From an uncultured Opitutales bacterium (GTDB lineage: Bacteria > Verrucomicrobiota > Verrucomicrobiia > Opitutales > Intestinicryptomonadaceae): 32,000 bases of DNA. Shown in pieces: positions 1 through 8,971 of the stretch. The stretch's first letter is position 1, and each line of letters opens with the position of its first letter. The notes beneath the pieces are model-generated. The model saw only the letters and a program-made list of their open reading frames with translations. It did not search any database and had not been told where the DNA came from. The stretch covers positions 1 to 32,000 of the forward strand of contig CAKTSY010000005.1 of assembly GCA_934613415.1 (NCBI GenBank), written 5' to 3'. The position numbers and the translations under genes are program-made.

Positions 1-135
1 TTCAGCCCTAAAAACGTATCTCTTTGAAACAAAGCCCATATCTTAAATAAAACGGATATTAAAAAATTTTCAATTTTACATTATACAATATCAATTAGCA
101 TTCTTTTAGCTATCCATACAATCACTTTTTTGGGA

Positions 136-261
136 TTTTTTTGCAGATTTTTTAAAAACACCCTCTCCTTTTGCATTAAAAAACTATCTAAAAATTCTGT
201 TTTTTTGCAAAAATTCTGAAATCTTTTTAGCAACTTATTAATTTTATTTTATTTTTTTGCA
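136..261. repeat. Three exact copies of TTTTTTTGCA (136-145, 200-209, 252-261); the middle copy is flanked by a direct repeat AAAATTCTG (191-199, 210-218)
   Basis: Read directly from the sequence. Copy spacing is 64 and 52 nt. The A+T-rich background makes chance recurrence plausible. Confidence 0.4.
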
Positions 262-595
262 AATTTTGCGGCGAAAAATTTGAATAAATAAGCCGCAATT
301 CCACTAAATATGCGGCTTTCAACGCATTCTAAAAATTTTTGACAAAAAACTGCTTACATTAACACAACAACCATTACCTGCTAAACTCATAAAAAAAAGA
401 ATATATTTTAAACTTACAAAATCAGCGCAACACAAGTATTTATGCTAAGTTTTGAATATTCATTGAATACAAAAGCTCTTCTTTAAAACTATAAATTAAA
501 AACTTTATATACAGCAAAACAACCTTGCAAAAAGCTGTTCAACGAAAAACACAATACAGCGCAAACACCCATAAACACTAACAAAAACGACGTTA

Positions 596-619
596 AAAAA
601 TTTTTGCGCAAAAATTTTT
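596..619. repeat. Perfect 24-bp palindrome AAAAATTTTTGCGCAAAAATTTTT
   Basis: The sequence equals its own reverse complement. It lies 23 nt beyond the stop of the minus-strand GNAT gene (stop codon at 642-644). Possible protein-binding site or weak terminator. Confidence 0.6.
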
Positions 620-641
620 ATCAATTTTAGCAAACAAATTT

Positions 642-1109
642 TTACAACTGCATTTGAATATCTACCCAATCGAACATTGGTTTTATGCCTTTAATTTCGC
701 TAAAGCCTAGCTTGCGATATAGAGAAATTGCGGGCTTTAGCTTAGTGTTGCTTTCCAAATATATTTTTTTAGGCGAAAGTACTTTTGCCTTTTTTATTGC
801 GGCAATACAAAGCCTTTTACCCAGCCCAAAGCCCTGATATTTTTCGTCTACGGCAAGCTTTGCAAGCTCGTAGGCATATTCCGTTGCATTTATCTTAAGC
901 AGAGAAACAGTGCCCGCAACAATGCCGTTTACCAACGCAAAGAATATGAAGCCTCCCTTTTCTACAATTTCGGCTTTCGGGTTTGCGAAAACTTTTTCGT
1001 CTACGCTTTCTATTTTAAAATAACGGGTAATCCATGCGCGGTTTAGCGACACAAAAAACTCTTTGTATTCGTCTTTATACTCTATAATCTCTACAGTATC
1101 GCTATTCAT
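642..1109 (-). CDS. GNAT-family N-acetyltransferase
   Basis: 155 aa with ATG at 1107-1109. It carries the GNAT acetyl-CoA motif A (QGFGLGKRL) in a typical beta-alpha context. Substrate unknown. Confidence 0.8.
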   Translation of the reverse strand: MNSDTVEIIEYKDEYKEFFVSLNRAWITRYFKIESVDEKVFANPKAEIVEKGGFIFFALVNGIVAGTVSLLKINATEYAYELAKLAVDEKYQGFGLGKRLCIAAIKKAKVLSPKKIYLESNTKLKPAISLYRKLGFSEIKGIKPMFDWVDIQMQL

Positions 1110-1215
1110 AAGGCGTTGCGGTTAATCTTTATTAAATTGGTAGTATATAAAATTGCGGCTACAAAATATTCAAGAAAATTTTCTACACAATAAAAATTGC
1201 ATTTAATTTACGCGT

Positions 1216-1247
1216 AAAAAAAGGCTTAAAGCAAAAAGCCCTAAGCC
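1216..1247 (-). terminator. Rho-independent terminator downstream of tkt
   Basis: Hairpin GGCTTA..GC-aaaaa-GC..TAAGCC at 1223-1247. On the minus strand it is followed by a run of 7 T (plus-strand A run 1216-1222). It lies 28 nt after the tkt stop. Confidence 0.6.
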
Positions 1248-1274
1248 CGAAAAAGATTTTATGCTGTATATTGC

Positions 1275-3245
1275 CTAGGCTTTGGCAAAGGCAACAACTT
1301 TGTCTACCGTAAAGCCAAAATGATCGAACAATTCCGAACCGTTTGCCGAAAAACCGAAGCTGTCTGTTGCAATGCAGCGATTGGCATATTTGTACCACGG
1401 CATACTAGAACCAGCTTCGATGGAAATAACGTCTGCACATTCGGGCAATACCGAGTCTTTATATTCCTGCGTTTGCGCTTCGAATAGCGACATGCAAGGC
1501 ATAGAAACAACTCTTGTGCCTGCGCCCAACTTTTCGGCTGCCGCCAATGCCAACGAAACTTCAGAACCCGTTGCAATTAAAATGCGTTCCAAATCTGCCG
1601 TTTCTTCCTTAATTACATAGGCACCCTTTAGCAAACCTTCGCGCTTGTATTGTGCCGAAACGCTTTTAATTAAGGGCAAGTTTTGGCGCGACAAAATCAA
1701 GGCTGTGGGCTTTTTAGAAGCATATGCCTGTGCGAAAGCCGCGGCTGTTTCTTCGCTGTCGGCTGGGCGAATTACCTGCAAGTTGGGAATTGCGCGCAGC
1801 ATTGCAACTGTTTCTACAGGTTGGTGTGTTGGCCCGTCGAAACCTACGCCGATTGAGTCGTGAGTAAATATGTATTGAACGGGAAGCTTTGCCAAGGCCG
1901 CTATGCGGATAGAACCCATCATATAGCCTGCAAATGTAAGGAATGTTGCACCCGAAGGCATAAAGAAACCGTCGTAGGCTATACCGTTCATAATGCCGCC
2001 CATTGCGTGTTCTCTAATACCGAACCAAATGTTGCGGCCGGCGTAGTTTTCGCTAGAAAAGTCGCCGCCGTCTTTAATGTAGTTCTTTGTAGAGCCAAAC
2101 AAGTCTGCAGAACCCGTAACAATAGTCTGCGAAACCGCCGCAATTTTGTTTAAAACAACGCCGCCGCTTACGCGCGAAGCACTCTTGTCGTCTGCCGCAA
2201 ATTCCGGAACAGCCTTCATTATTTCCTCGGCACTCTGCAAAGATTTCTTTGTAAGGCAATCGTCTATTTGCGCAGCTTTTTCGGGGTTAGCCAACGCCCA
2301 GTCTTCGTACTTTTTGTTCCATGCGTCGTATTTTTCTACGCGCTTTTCGTTAAGCTTTTCGAAATATTCTTTAACTTCGTTTGAAAGGTAAAATGCCTGT
2401 TCGGGAAGCCCCAAAGCTTTTTTAGATTCTGCCGCAAACTTCGCGCCGCCTTCGCCGTGGCCTTTAGAAGTGCCTTCTACTTCGGCAATGCCCTTTGCTA
2501 TTTTTGTGTGGGCAATAACAATCTTGGGTTTGCCGTTGCGTTCGGCTTTTGCCGCCGCCAAAACTTCGCTTAAAGCGTCCAAATTGTGGCCGTCTACTTC
2601 GTACACCGAAAATCCGTACGATTCAAAACGCATTTTTGCGTTGTCGCTAATTGTCTTGCTTGCAGGGGCGTCTAGCGTAATTGCGTTCGAGTCGTAGATA
2701 AGAACGAGATTGTCGAGCTTTAAGTGCCCGGCCAAAGAGCAAGCTTCGGCACTAATGCCTTCCTGGAAACAGCCGTCGCCTGCCAAGCAGAAAATTGTGT
2801 GGTTGAAAAGTTCTTTGCTCCATTTTGCCGCCGCCATTTTTGCCGACATTGCAAAGCCAACGGCATTCGCAACGCCCTGCCCCAATGGACCCGTTGTGGT
2901 TTCTACGCCGTCGGTTTCGCCAAATTCGGGGTGCCCTGGGGTTTTAGAACCCATATGGCGGAATTTGCTTAAGTCTTCAACCGAAATGTCGTATCCGCAA
3001 ATGCAAAGCCATTCGTACAGGAACATACTGCCGTGGCCTGCGCTTAATATAAATCTGTCGCGCCCCAACCACCTAGAGTCTTTCGGGTTAAAATCCATTA
3101 TTTGAGAAAACAAAACGGCACCTATTTCGGCGCAGCCCAAAGGCAAGCCCAAGTGTCCGGAATTTACCGCTGCGACGGCGTCTATAGCCAAACCGCGAGC
3201 TTCGTTTGCAGCCTGTTGTAAAATTTTATTCGCTTGATTATTCAT
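1275..3245 (-). CDS. tkt: Transketolase
   Basis: 656 aa. Motifs: SGHLGLPLG, the TPP-binding GDGCFQEG, and HDSIGVGFDGPTHQP, the transketolase signature. Full length for the family. Confidence 0.95.
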   Translation of the reverse strand: MNNQANKILQQAANEARGLAIDAVAAVNSGHLGLPLGCAEIGAVLFSQIMDFNPKDSRWLGRDRFILSAGHGSMFLYEWLCICGYDISVEDLSKFRHMGSKTPGHPEFGETDGVETTTGPLGQGVANAVGFAMSAKMAAAKWSKELFNHTIFCLAGDGCFQEGISAEACSLAGHLKLDNLVLIYDSNAITLDAPASKTISDNAKMRFESYGFSVYEVDGHNLDALSEVLAAAKAERNGKPKIVIAHTKIAKGIAEVEGTSKGHGEGGAKFAAESKKALGLPEQAFYLSNEVKEYFEKLNEKRVEKYDAWNKKYEDWALANPEKAAQIDDCLTKKSLQSAEEIMKAVPEFAADDKSASRVSGGVVLNKIAAVSQTIVTGSADLFGSTKNYIKDGGDFSSENYAGRNIWFGIREHAMGGIMNGIAYDGFFMPSGATFLTFAGYMMGSIRIAALAKLPVQYIFTHDSIGVGFDGPTHQPVETVAMLRAIPNLQVIRPADSEETAAAFAQAYASKKPTALILSRQNLPLIKSVSAQYKREGLLKGAYVIKEETADLERILIATGSEVSLALAAAEKLGAGTRVVSMPCMSLFEAQTQEYKDSVLPECADVISIEAGSSMPWYKYANRCIATDSFGFSANGSELFDHFGFTVDKVVAFAKA

Positions 3246-3372
3246 AATATCGATTTACCATAATAAAAAATTTACGCATATTGCAAGTATTTTTAAAAAG
3301 AAAAAGCTTGATATAAAAGCGGCGTTTTTACAGACTAAAAGCTTTAACATTACAAATTTTAACAGATATAAG

Positions 3373-4125
3373 ATGAGCGATTTGAATAAATTTAGAGGTC
3401 CGCACCAATCGAAATATAAACCCATTTCTCCCGATTCCGACGTATTCGGATTGGAAGGCGTAAGAGTTCCCGACCCGAACAATGTAAAGAGTGCCGACGA
3501 ACGCAAAACGGTTATTGCCGATGCAGACTTTGAAAACTTGGATTTCGACGACAGAGTTTGGCTTTGGTGGCGCGAAAATAAAAAATCGGTCATTTTGGCG
3601 ATTGCAGTTTCGTTTGTGCTTATAATTGGCGTAAACGCCTACAAGCTTATTTCGCATCAGGCTTTGATTGCCGAACAAACAGCATACAACGCCTGCGGCG
3701 ACGCAAAAGCGTTGGAAAATTTTGCCTCGAATAACGGCGGCACGCTTGGAGCGGTTGCAGCGTTGCAAAGCGGCGACGACCTTTTTAAAAACGCAAAGTA
3801 TGCCGAAGCCAAAAGCTTTTATGCCAAAGCCGAAAAAGGCTTAAGCGACAACCCTCTTTTGGGTAGAGCCGCATTGGGCGTAGCCTTTAGCGAAATTGCT
3901 TTGGGCAACAAGGCGGAGGGCAAAAAAGCCCTTGAAGGCATTATTCAAAACGCAAAAATAAACGAGGCCTTTAAAGTTCAGGCACAATACGAATTGGGCG
4001 TTATGGAATTTGCAGACGGCAATAAAGACGCCGCCAAGAAAACTTTGCAGGCGGTTGCCGATAACCCCGCTTCGGGCATGTACGGCCAACAGGCAAACAG
4101 CTTTATTTTGATAAACATAAAATAG
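3373..4125 (+). CDS. YfgM-like single-pass membrane protein with a TPR-like helical ectodomain
   Basis: 250 aa. It has a charged N-terminus, one TM helix (SVILAIAVSFVLIIGVNAY) and an Ala/Lys-rich TPR-like repeat region. The call is based on architecture, not on a catalytic motif. Confidence 0.5.
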   Translation: MSDLNKFRGPHQSKYKPISPDSDVFGLEGVRVPDPNNVKSADERKTVIADADFENLDFDDRVWLWWRENKKSVILAIAVSFVLIIGVNAYKLISHQALIAEQTAYNACGDAKALENFASNNGGTLGAVAALQSGDDLFKNAKYAEAKSFYAKAEKGLSDNPLLGRAALGVAFSEIALGNKAEGKKALEGIIQNAKINEAFKVQAQYELGVMEFADGNKDAAKKTLQAVADNPASGMYGQQANSFILINIK

Positions 4126-4150
4126 CCCATAACACAGTTTTAAACACAAG

Positions 4151-4184
4151 AATGCGGCTAAAGTTTTTTACGCCGCATTTTTTG
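4151..4184 (+). terminator. Rho-independent terminator after the YfgM-like gene
   Basis: Stem ATGCGGC (4152-4158) pairs with GCCGCAT (4172-4178) and is followed by TTTTT. Confidence 0.7.
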
Positions 4185-4201
4185 TAAACGCCAAAAAATT
4201 T

Positions 4202-5221
4202 ATGAATAAAGACGAAATTATATCAACGCTAAAGACCGTAAAATATTCCAATTTCGACCGCGACGTAATCTCGCTTGGAATGCTGAAATATTTAAAGTGC
4301 GAAAATAACGAGATAGAAGCCAGAATTTTTGTCGGCAAAAACACCGCCGAGGGCGAAAAAACGGTAGAAAAAATGAAGGCCGTTTTGTCGCAAAAATACC
4401 CGAATGCAAACATAACCGTTTCGCTTTTGGCCGAAAACCCCGACGCGCAGGCAATGCCGCAAAACAAAGACGATGTTTTAAAAGATATTAAAATTAAAAT
4501 TGCAGTGGCTTCGGGCAAAGGCGGCGTAGGCAAAAGCACGGTTGCCATAAATTTGGCCAGAGCTTTTGCAAGAATTTTCGGCAGCGGCAATGTTGCCTTG
4601 ATGGACTGCGATTTATACGGACCTAGCGCATCGCTTTTGGCGGGCGAAAAAAGCAAGCTTATGTGTTCGGATTCCGGCAAGATTTTGCCCAAGCTTACAA
4701 ACGGCATAAAAATGGTGTCTATGGGGCTTTTGGTAGACGACAACCAAGCGTTAATCTGGCGCGGCCCTATGGTTATGAGCGCGCTTAAGCAGTTTGTAAA
4801 CGATGTCGATTGGGGCAAGGCAGACGCAATGATTTTAGACCTGCCTCCGGGAACGGGCGACGCCGTATTAAGCGCGGTTCAGCTTATGAAAATAGACGGG
4901 GCTTTAGTAGTAACAACGCCGAACGAACTTGCCTCTATTACCGCACTGCGCGGTAGCGAAATCTTTACAAAAACCGACATTCCGATTTTGGGAGTTGTAG
5001 AAAATATGGCGTATCTAGAAATGCCCGACGGCTCTAAAAACTACATTTTCGGACAATCGTCTACCGCGCAAAAAGTGGCTAGCGAACTTAATAGCGAAGT
5101 TTTGGCGGAAATACCCATCGACAAATCTCTGCAAAATTTCGGCGAAAATGCGCAAAGCCAAAGCAGTCAAACGCTTTTCGACAACATTGCAAAAGCAATT
5201 ATAGCAAAAGTTAAAAAATAG
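4202..5221 (+). CDS. mrp: Mrp/ApbC-type Fe-S cluster carrier ATPase
   Basis: 339 aa with an N-terminal DUF59/MIP18-like segment. It has the deviant Walker A SGKGGVGKST and DLPPGTGD, typical of the Mrp/NBP35 family. Confidence 0.9.
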   Translation: MNKDEIISTLKTVKYSNFDRDVISLGMLKYLKCENNEIEARIFVGKNTAEGEKTVEKMKAVLSQKYPNANITVSLLAENPDAQAMPQNKDDVLKDIKIKIAVASGKGGVGKSTVAINLARAFARIFGSGNVALMDCDLYGPSASLLAGEKSKLMCSDSGKILPKLTNGIKMVSMGLLVDDNQALIWRGPMVMSALKQFVNDVDWGKADAMILDLPPGTGDAVLSAVQLMKIDGALVVTTPNELASITALRGSEIFTKTDIPILGVVENMAYLEMPDGSKNYIFGQSSTAQKVASELNSEVLAEIPIDKSLQNFGENAQSQSSQTLFDNIAKAIIAKVKK

Positions 5222-5240
5222 GCCTAAAACAACAAAACCA

Positions 5241-5277
5241 AAAAGCCCGACAACTAAAAAAATTGTCGGGCTTTTTT
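5241..5277. terminator. Bidirectional terminator between convergent mrp and the TerC-like gene
   Basis: 9-bp stem GCCCGACAA (5245-5253) pairs with TTGTCGGGC (5263-5271). It is flanked by an A run upstream and a T run downstream, so it can act on both strands. Confidence 0.8.
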
Positions 5278-5315
5278 GCGCCATTAAGAAATGTATTTTT
5301 TTCAAAAAATCTTTG

Positions 5316-6365
5316 CTATTTAAAAATTCTGAAACGCCTGAACCTGCCTATTTTTAAATTGCGCAAATTTATGCTGATTTTCCTGTTTTGCATAAACGAC
5401 GAAATCAGCGAAGAAACAATAAACAAAACGCTTATAATTGCCGCCAAATCGTCCGAAACTTCGGCGAAAGCCGAATATAGCATTATAAAAGAAAGCGCGC
5501 CCACTGCCCAATATGCGCCGTTTTGCAAATACGGAAATTTGTCTAGCGTTTTGTGCTCTACAAGAACAACCGTTAGCGACCTTACAAACATAGCTCCAAC
5601 AGCCAAGCCTATTGTTATAATTATAACGTCTTTAGAAAGCGCAAAAGCCCCCAACACGCCGTCTAGCGAAAACGACGCATCTATAAGCTCTAAATACAAG
5701 AACGACACCAAGCCGGCATATGCAGCGTTTTTTGCCATATTTGCCCTTTTGTCGAAAAACGCGGCAACCGCCTCTATTGCAAAGTGCAGCAAAATGCCAA
5801 CCGTGCCCGCCAAAATCGAAACAAGTCTTTGCTCGGGCTGCAAAAATATCTGCAAAAGCCCCAAAAGCAAAAAGCCGCAAATCTCTTTCGAAAACGGTAT
5901 TTTGCCGATTTTTTCAAGCGCAAGCTCGGGCATTTTAAGCCAATGCGCCTTGCCCTTCTCGAACATAAAGCCCAAGAACAGCATAAGCAAAAACATAGAG
6001 CCGAAAGACGCAATTGCATAGTGGCACGCCGACAAGTGCGCTGAATATTCGTCGGGGTTATGCAATGCCAAATCTATAACTGCCCCCATAGAAATCTCGG
6101 CAAAAATTGCAACCAACAATACGGGGAACAAAAAGCGCATTCCAAATACCGCAATTAAAATCCCCCAGGTAAGGAAACGCCTGCGCCAAACTTTAGACAT
6201 TTTAGAAAGCTTTACGGCGTTTACAACGGCGTTGTCGAAAGATATGCTAATTTCGAGCATAACAATTGCCAAAACGCTTACGGCAACCGCAATGCCGCCG
6301 TGGCAATAGGCGTAAATTAAGCCGCCAACTAAACAGATTATATCGTATATAAAAAATCGTATCAT
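5316..6365 (-). CDS. Integral membrane protein, TerC-related (DUF475-like)
   Basis: 349 aa and polytopic. The motif EISISFDNAVVNA matches, from my memory, the TerC/DUF475 family. The overlapping plus-strand 252-aa ORF is low-complexity and was rejected. Confidence 0.6.
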   Translation of the reverse strand: MIRFFIYDIICLVGGLIYAYCHGGIAVAVSVLAIVMLEISISFDNAVVNAVKLSKMSKVWRRRFLTWGILIAVFGMRFLFPVLLVAIFAEISMGAVIDLALHNPDEYSAHLSACHYAIASFGSMFLLMLFLGFMFEKGKAHWLKMPELALEKIGKIPFSKEICGFLLLGLLQIFLQPEQRLVSILAGTVGILLHFAIEAVAAFFDKRANMAKNAAYAGLVSFLYLELIDASFSLDGVLGAFALSKDVIIITIGLAVGAMFVRSLTVVLVEHKTLDKFPYLQNGAYWAVGALSFIMLYSAFAEVSDDLAAIISVLFIVSSLISSFMQNRKISINLRNLKIGRFRRFRIFK

Positions 6366-6423
6366 AAAAAAACGCTACATTACGCGTAAAAGTTTGCAAT
6401 ATTTATCGGGAAAATTTTAGCAC

Positions 6424-6460
6424 AAAAAAAACTCCGAAAGCCGAAGCCTTCGAAGTTTTT
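6424..6460 (-). terminator. Terminator downstream of the PEGA lipoprotein gene
   Basis: Imperfect 12-bp hairpin (10 of 12 paired) with a CGAA tetraloop at 6431-6456. The plus-strand run of 8 A at 6424-6431 gives a T run on the minus strand. Confidence 0.55.
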
Positions 6461-6476
6461 AAAAAAGGATTTTATA

Positions 6477-6965
6477 TTATTTAGATTTCTTCGAATAGAA
6501 CTCTGTAATTACCTTTAACTGGTAGTCGTATTCTTCTTTCGAAATCTTGCCGGCCTTGCGGAGGGCGTCTAACTTCATAAAGTTATAGGCAAAGTCGCCA
6601 AAAGAATCTTTGCCTGGGTATGCGGGCAAATATTCGGGCTTAAGCTGCGCATTTACATCGGCAGGGAGCAACTTCTTGTAAAAGCCTGTGTCTACCAAAG
6701 GACCAAACTTTACATAGGGATTTTCTGCTGTGGGCGAAAGAGTGAATGTTTCAGCCAAATAGCCTTCTTTTTGAATTTTTACCGTGTAGGTCGAGTCGCT
6801 TATAAGCCTTGTTGTGCAGGGAGTTGTTCCCACTTTTTCGCCGTTAACAAAAACTTCGGCACCTTGGGGATTCGAGTTTACGGCAACATCTTCGCCGTAG
6901 TATGTAGAGCACGCCGAAAACAGTAGCGCAGCAAAAGATAGAGGGATAAGTAAGAATTTTTTCAT
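6477..6965 (-). CDS. PEGA-domain lipoprotein
   Basis: 162 aa. It has a signal peptide with a lipobox (LLFSA|C) and a PEGA-like motif PQGAEVFVNGEKVGTTP. Confidence 0.6.
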   Translation of the reverse strand: MKKFLLIPLSFAALLFSACSTYYGEDVAVNSNPQGAEVFVNGEKVGTTPCTTRLISDSTYTVKIQKEGYLAETFTLSPTAENPYVKFGPLVDTGFYKKLLPADVNAQLKPEYLPAYPGKDSFGDFAYNFMKLDALRKAGKISKEEYDYQLKVITEFYSKKSK

Positions 6966-7092
6966 TTTAGCTTGTGTAAAAGTTATGTCTTAAAACTGTT
7001 TGTAGTAAAGCATTGTAAATAGAGCGCGTCAAGCATATTTTCGCACATATGGGGCACAAAGTTCAACTTGCTTGTAAAAAACCTGCCTGCAT

Positions 7093-7116
7093 GCGCAAAA
7101 ATACGCCATTTTGCGC
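7093..7116 (-). terminator. Perfect 8-bp hairpin 6 nt after the proC stop (possible terminator or RNA-stability element)
   Basis: GCGCAAAA (7093-7100) pairs with TTTTGCGC (7109-7116) around an 8-nt loop. On the minus strand a T run follows only after about 11 nt, so this is not a canonical terminator. Confidence 0.35.
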
Positions 7117-7122
7117 CGATTA

Positions 7123-7923
7123 TTATAGCTTTGAAAGCTCGGTAGAACGGTCTCTGGCAGCTACTAGGCATTTTTCTATGGCTTCGCGAATATTGTAGTC
7201 GCTTAAAACCTTAAGCCCTGCCAATGTTGTGCCCCCTGGGCTGGAAACCGCATTTCTAAGCTCTGCTGCCGACAATTCGCTTTTTTGCAACAATGCCGCC
7301 GACCCTATCAAGGTTTGATATGTCAACTCCTTTGCGTCTTTTTCGCTAAAGCCTATTTTTATGCCGCCTTGTATCATTGCGTCGGCAATTTCAAAAATAT
7401 AGCCCGGCCCGCTGCCCGAAAGCGCGGTTACGGCGTCTAGCTGGGTTTCCTCTACGGGTATATAACGCCCCATTGCGGCAAAAATGCCTTCAACTTTTTG
7501 CCTTTGAGCGTCGCTTAGGGGATTTTTGCTTGCATAGCAGGTTATGCCCAAGCCTATTTGCGCCGCCATATTTGGCATTGCCCTAACAATATTGCCGGCT
7601 TTCGGGAATTTTGCCGAAAGTTTTTCTATGCAAGTTCCAGCCAAAATCGAAACCAAAATTTCGGGGGAGGCCGTTTCGGCAAGTTTAGAAATGCTTGCAA
7701 GCTGCTGGGGTTTGCACGCCAACGCCAATACATCGAATTTATTTGCAAAAAATTCGCTTTCGCTTAGCAATGCAATGCCCGTTGCCTGCGAAAGTATTTT
7801 GCCGGTATCGTCTGAACCGCAAATGCAGCAGATTTCAGACGCGCTAACGCCTTTTGCTATAAGCCCTTTAACTATTGCAGACGCCATTTTGCCCGCACCT
7901 ATAAAAGAATATTTGTAATTCAT
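7123..7923 (-). CDS. proC: Pyrroline-5-carboxylate reductase
   Basis: 266 aa. It has an N-terminal Rossmann motif FIGAGKMASAI and the C-terminal signature SSPGGTTLAGL. Confidence 0.9.
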   Translation of the reverse strand: MNYKYSFIGAGKMASAIVKGLIAKGVSASEICCICGSDDTGKILSQATGIALLSESEFFANKFDVLALACKPQQLASISKLAETASPEILVSILAGTCIEKLSAKFPKAGNIVRAMPNMAAQIGLGITCYASKNPLSDAQRQKVEGIFAAMGRYIPVEETQLDAVTALSGSGPGYIFEIADAMIQGGIKIGFSEKDAKELTYQTLIGSAALLQKSELSAAELRNAVSSPGGTTLAGLKVLSDYNIREAIEKCLVAARDRSTELSKL

Positions 7924-8051
7924 ATGGTAAAAACTCTAATGCCTTTTAGGCTGACACAATTTAAAAAATTGTCAATATAACCCCGCAAATTTAGTTAAAA
8001 GCGTAAAAATTTTGTTGAAAGAGCCTTTTTTTAAAGTAGGCTAGCTAGTAT

Positions 8052-8897
8052 ATGAATAAATGTTTTACTGTTATTTTACAGGCTTTGTGCCTGTTGTTTG
8101 TATGCGGCTGCCACAGCTCTTTGGTTGTTAAAGAGGGAGCCACATTTAAAGACAAAAAAAGCTTTTATGTGCAGTCGCCAAAAAATCAAGACTACGCATT
8201 TATGCGCAACACCGCCGACAGAGGCAAGGCCCTAAACGGCAAAATGGTTGAATATATAATAGAGGTATTGTCGGAACGCGGTATGGTTTGCGTAAACGAC
8301 ATTTCGGCAGCGCAGGTAATATTTACTCCCGTTTGGGGCGAATCGCTAGAATTTGAGGAAAACGCGCATTCTACAATACCGCAAGCGTCGTCTACGCTCG
8401 AAATTCAGGCGGCATTTAAGCCCAATCAGGAATGGCAATGGCGAGGGTTATCTACAAAGAACATAACCGCACACAACCTAAGCGAGGCAAAAATTAAGGA
8501 AGCTGTAGATATGTGCCTAGAGGGCTTCCCGCCCGAAGACCACCCGTCGGCAAGCGATGTATACAAGGCAAAACAGGCCGAAGCAAAAGCGAAGGAAGAA
8601 AATCCCTTCGAACACATTGTTGTTGAAGCCCCCAAAAAGGCGCAAGAAAAAGGAATTGCCCCAAAAGCCGAATGCAAAAAGGCTGAATCTGCAAAACCCC
8701 AAGCGGTTAAAAAGCCCACAAAGGTAGAAAAGGTCGACAAAGACAACCCCTTTGCCGACATTGTTGTTGAAAACCCCGACGCTTGGAAAAAGTTTTCGAT
8801 TTACGACGACGCCCCCGAAAGCGCGGCAAATGTTGAAAAGCGCGAAAAGGCTGCGGCCCAAAAGGCAAAGCAAGCCGCCCAAAAAAGCGAAAAATAG
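8052..8897 (+). CDS. Lipoprotein of unknown function with a Lys/Ala/Glu-rich repeat-bearing C-terminus
   Basis: 281 aa. It has a signal peptide with a candidate lipobox (FVCG|C). The C-terminal half is charged and low-complexity, with a duplicated NPF-x-[HD]-IVVE motif. Confidence 0.55.
   Translation: MNKCFTVILQALCLLFVCGCHSSLVVKEGATFKDKKSFYVQSPKNQDYAFMRNTADRGKALNGKMVEYIIEVLSERGMVCVNDISAAQVIFTPVWGESLEFEENAHSTIPQASSTLEIQAAFKPNQEWQWRGLSTKNITAHNLSEAKIKEAVDMCLEGFPPEDHPSASDVYKAKQAEAKAKEENPFEHIVVEAPKKAQEKGIAPKAECKKAESAKPQAVKKPTKVEKVDKDNPFADIVVENPDAWKKFSIYDDAPESAANVEKREKAAAQKAKQAAQKSEK
8598..8777 (+). repeat. Internal duplication inside the lipoprotein gene (ENPFEHIVVEAP / DNPFADIVVENP)
   Basis: The two units start at 8598 and 8742, 144 nt (48 codons) apart. 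They share the exact DNA 14-mer ACATTGTTGTTGAA. Confidence 0.7.
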
Positions 8898-8920
8898 CAA
8901 AGCGCATCTAACACACATAC

Positions 8921-8960
8921 AAAAAAAGAGAGGTTTTTAGCCTCTCTTTTTTGTTTTTTT
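8921..8960. terminator. Bidirectional terminator between the convergent lipoprotein gene and nadA
   Basis: Stem AGAGAGG (8927-8933) pairs with CCTCTCT (8941-8947). An A run lies upstream and a long T run downstream. Confidence 0.8.
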
Positions 8961-8971
8961 GCAAGGTTGTT

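Larger units (their letters stand above)
1..641. other. ORF-free, strongly A+T-rich non-coding stretch (function unknown)
   Basis: No ORF of 60 aa or more on either strand in the supplied track. My count gives 31 G+C in the first 120 nt. It contains the short exact repeats, the hairpin at 290-318 and the palindrome listed separately. It is far longer than the other intergenic gaps here, which are at most about 180 nt and mostly much shorter. Confidence 0.6.

Noticed and set aside
100-125. Possible DnaA box (CTATCCATA) and an oriC interpretation of the A+T-rich region 1-641
   Set aside because: There is only one weak match, with two mismatches to TTATCCACA, no cluster of boxes, and no dnaA, dnaN or other origin-linked genes in view. 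This is insufficient evidence.
4168-4818. 216-aa minus-strand ORF
   Set aside because: It lies entirely antisense to the Mrp/ApbC gene, which has unmistakable motifs. The translation is low-complexity (Ser/Leu/Phe/Ala-rich) with no recognisable motif. It is a typical shadow ORF.
5263-6021. 252-aa plus-strand ORF
   Set aside because: It is antisense to the TerC/DUF475-like membrane protein and begins inside the bidirectional terminator. Its composition (Ser/Ala/Lys/Ile-rich) looks like a mirror of the membrane-protein codons.
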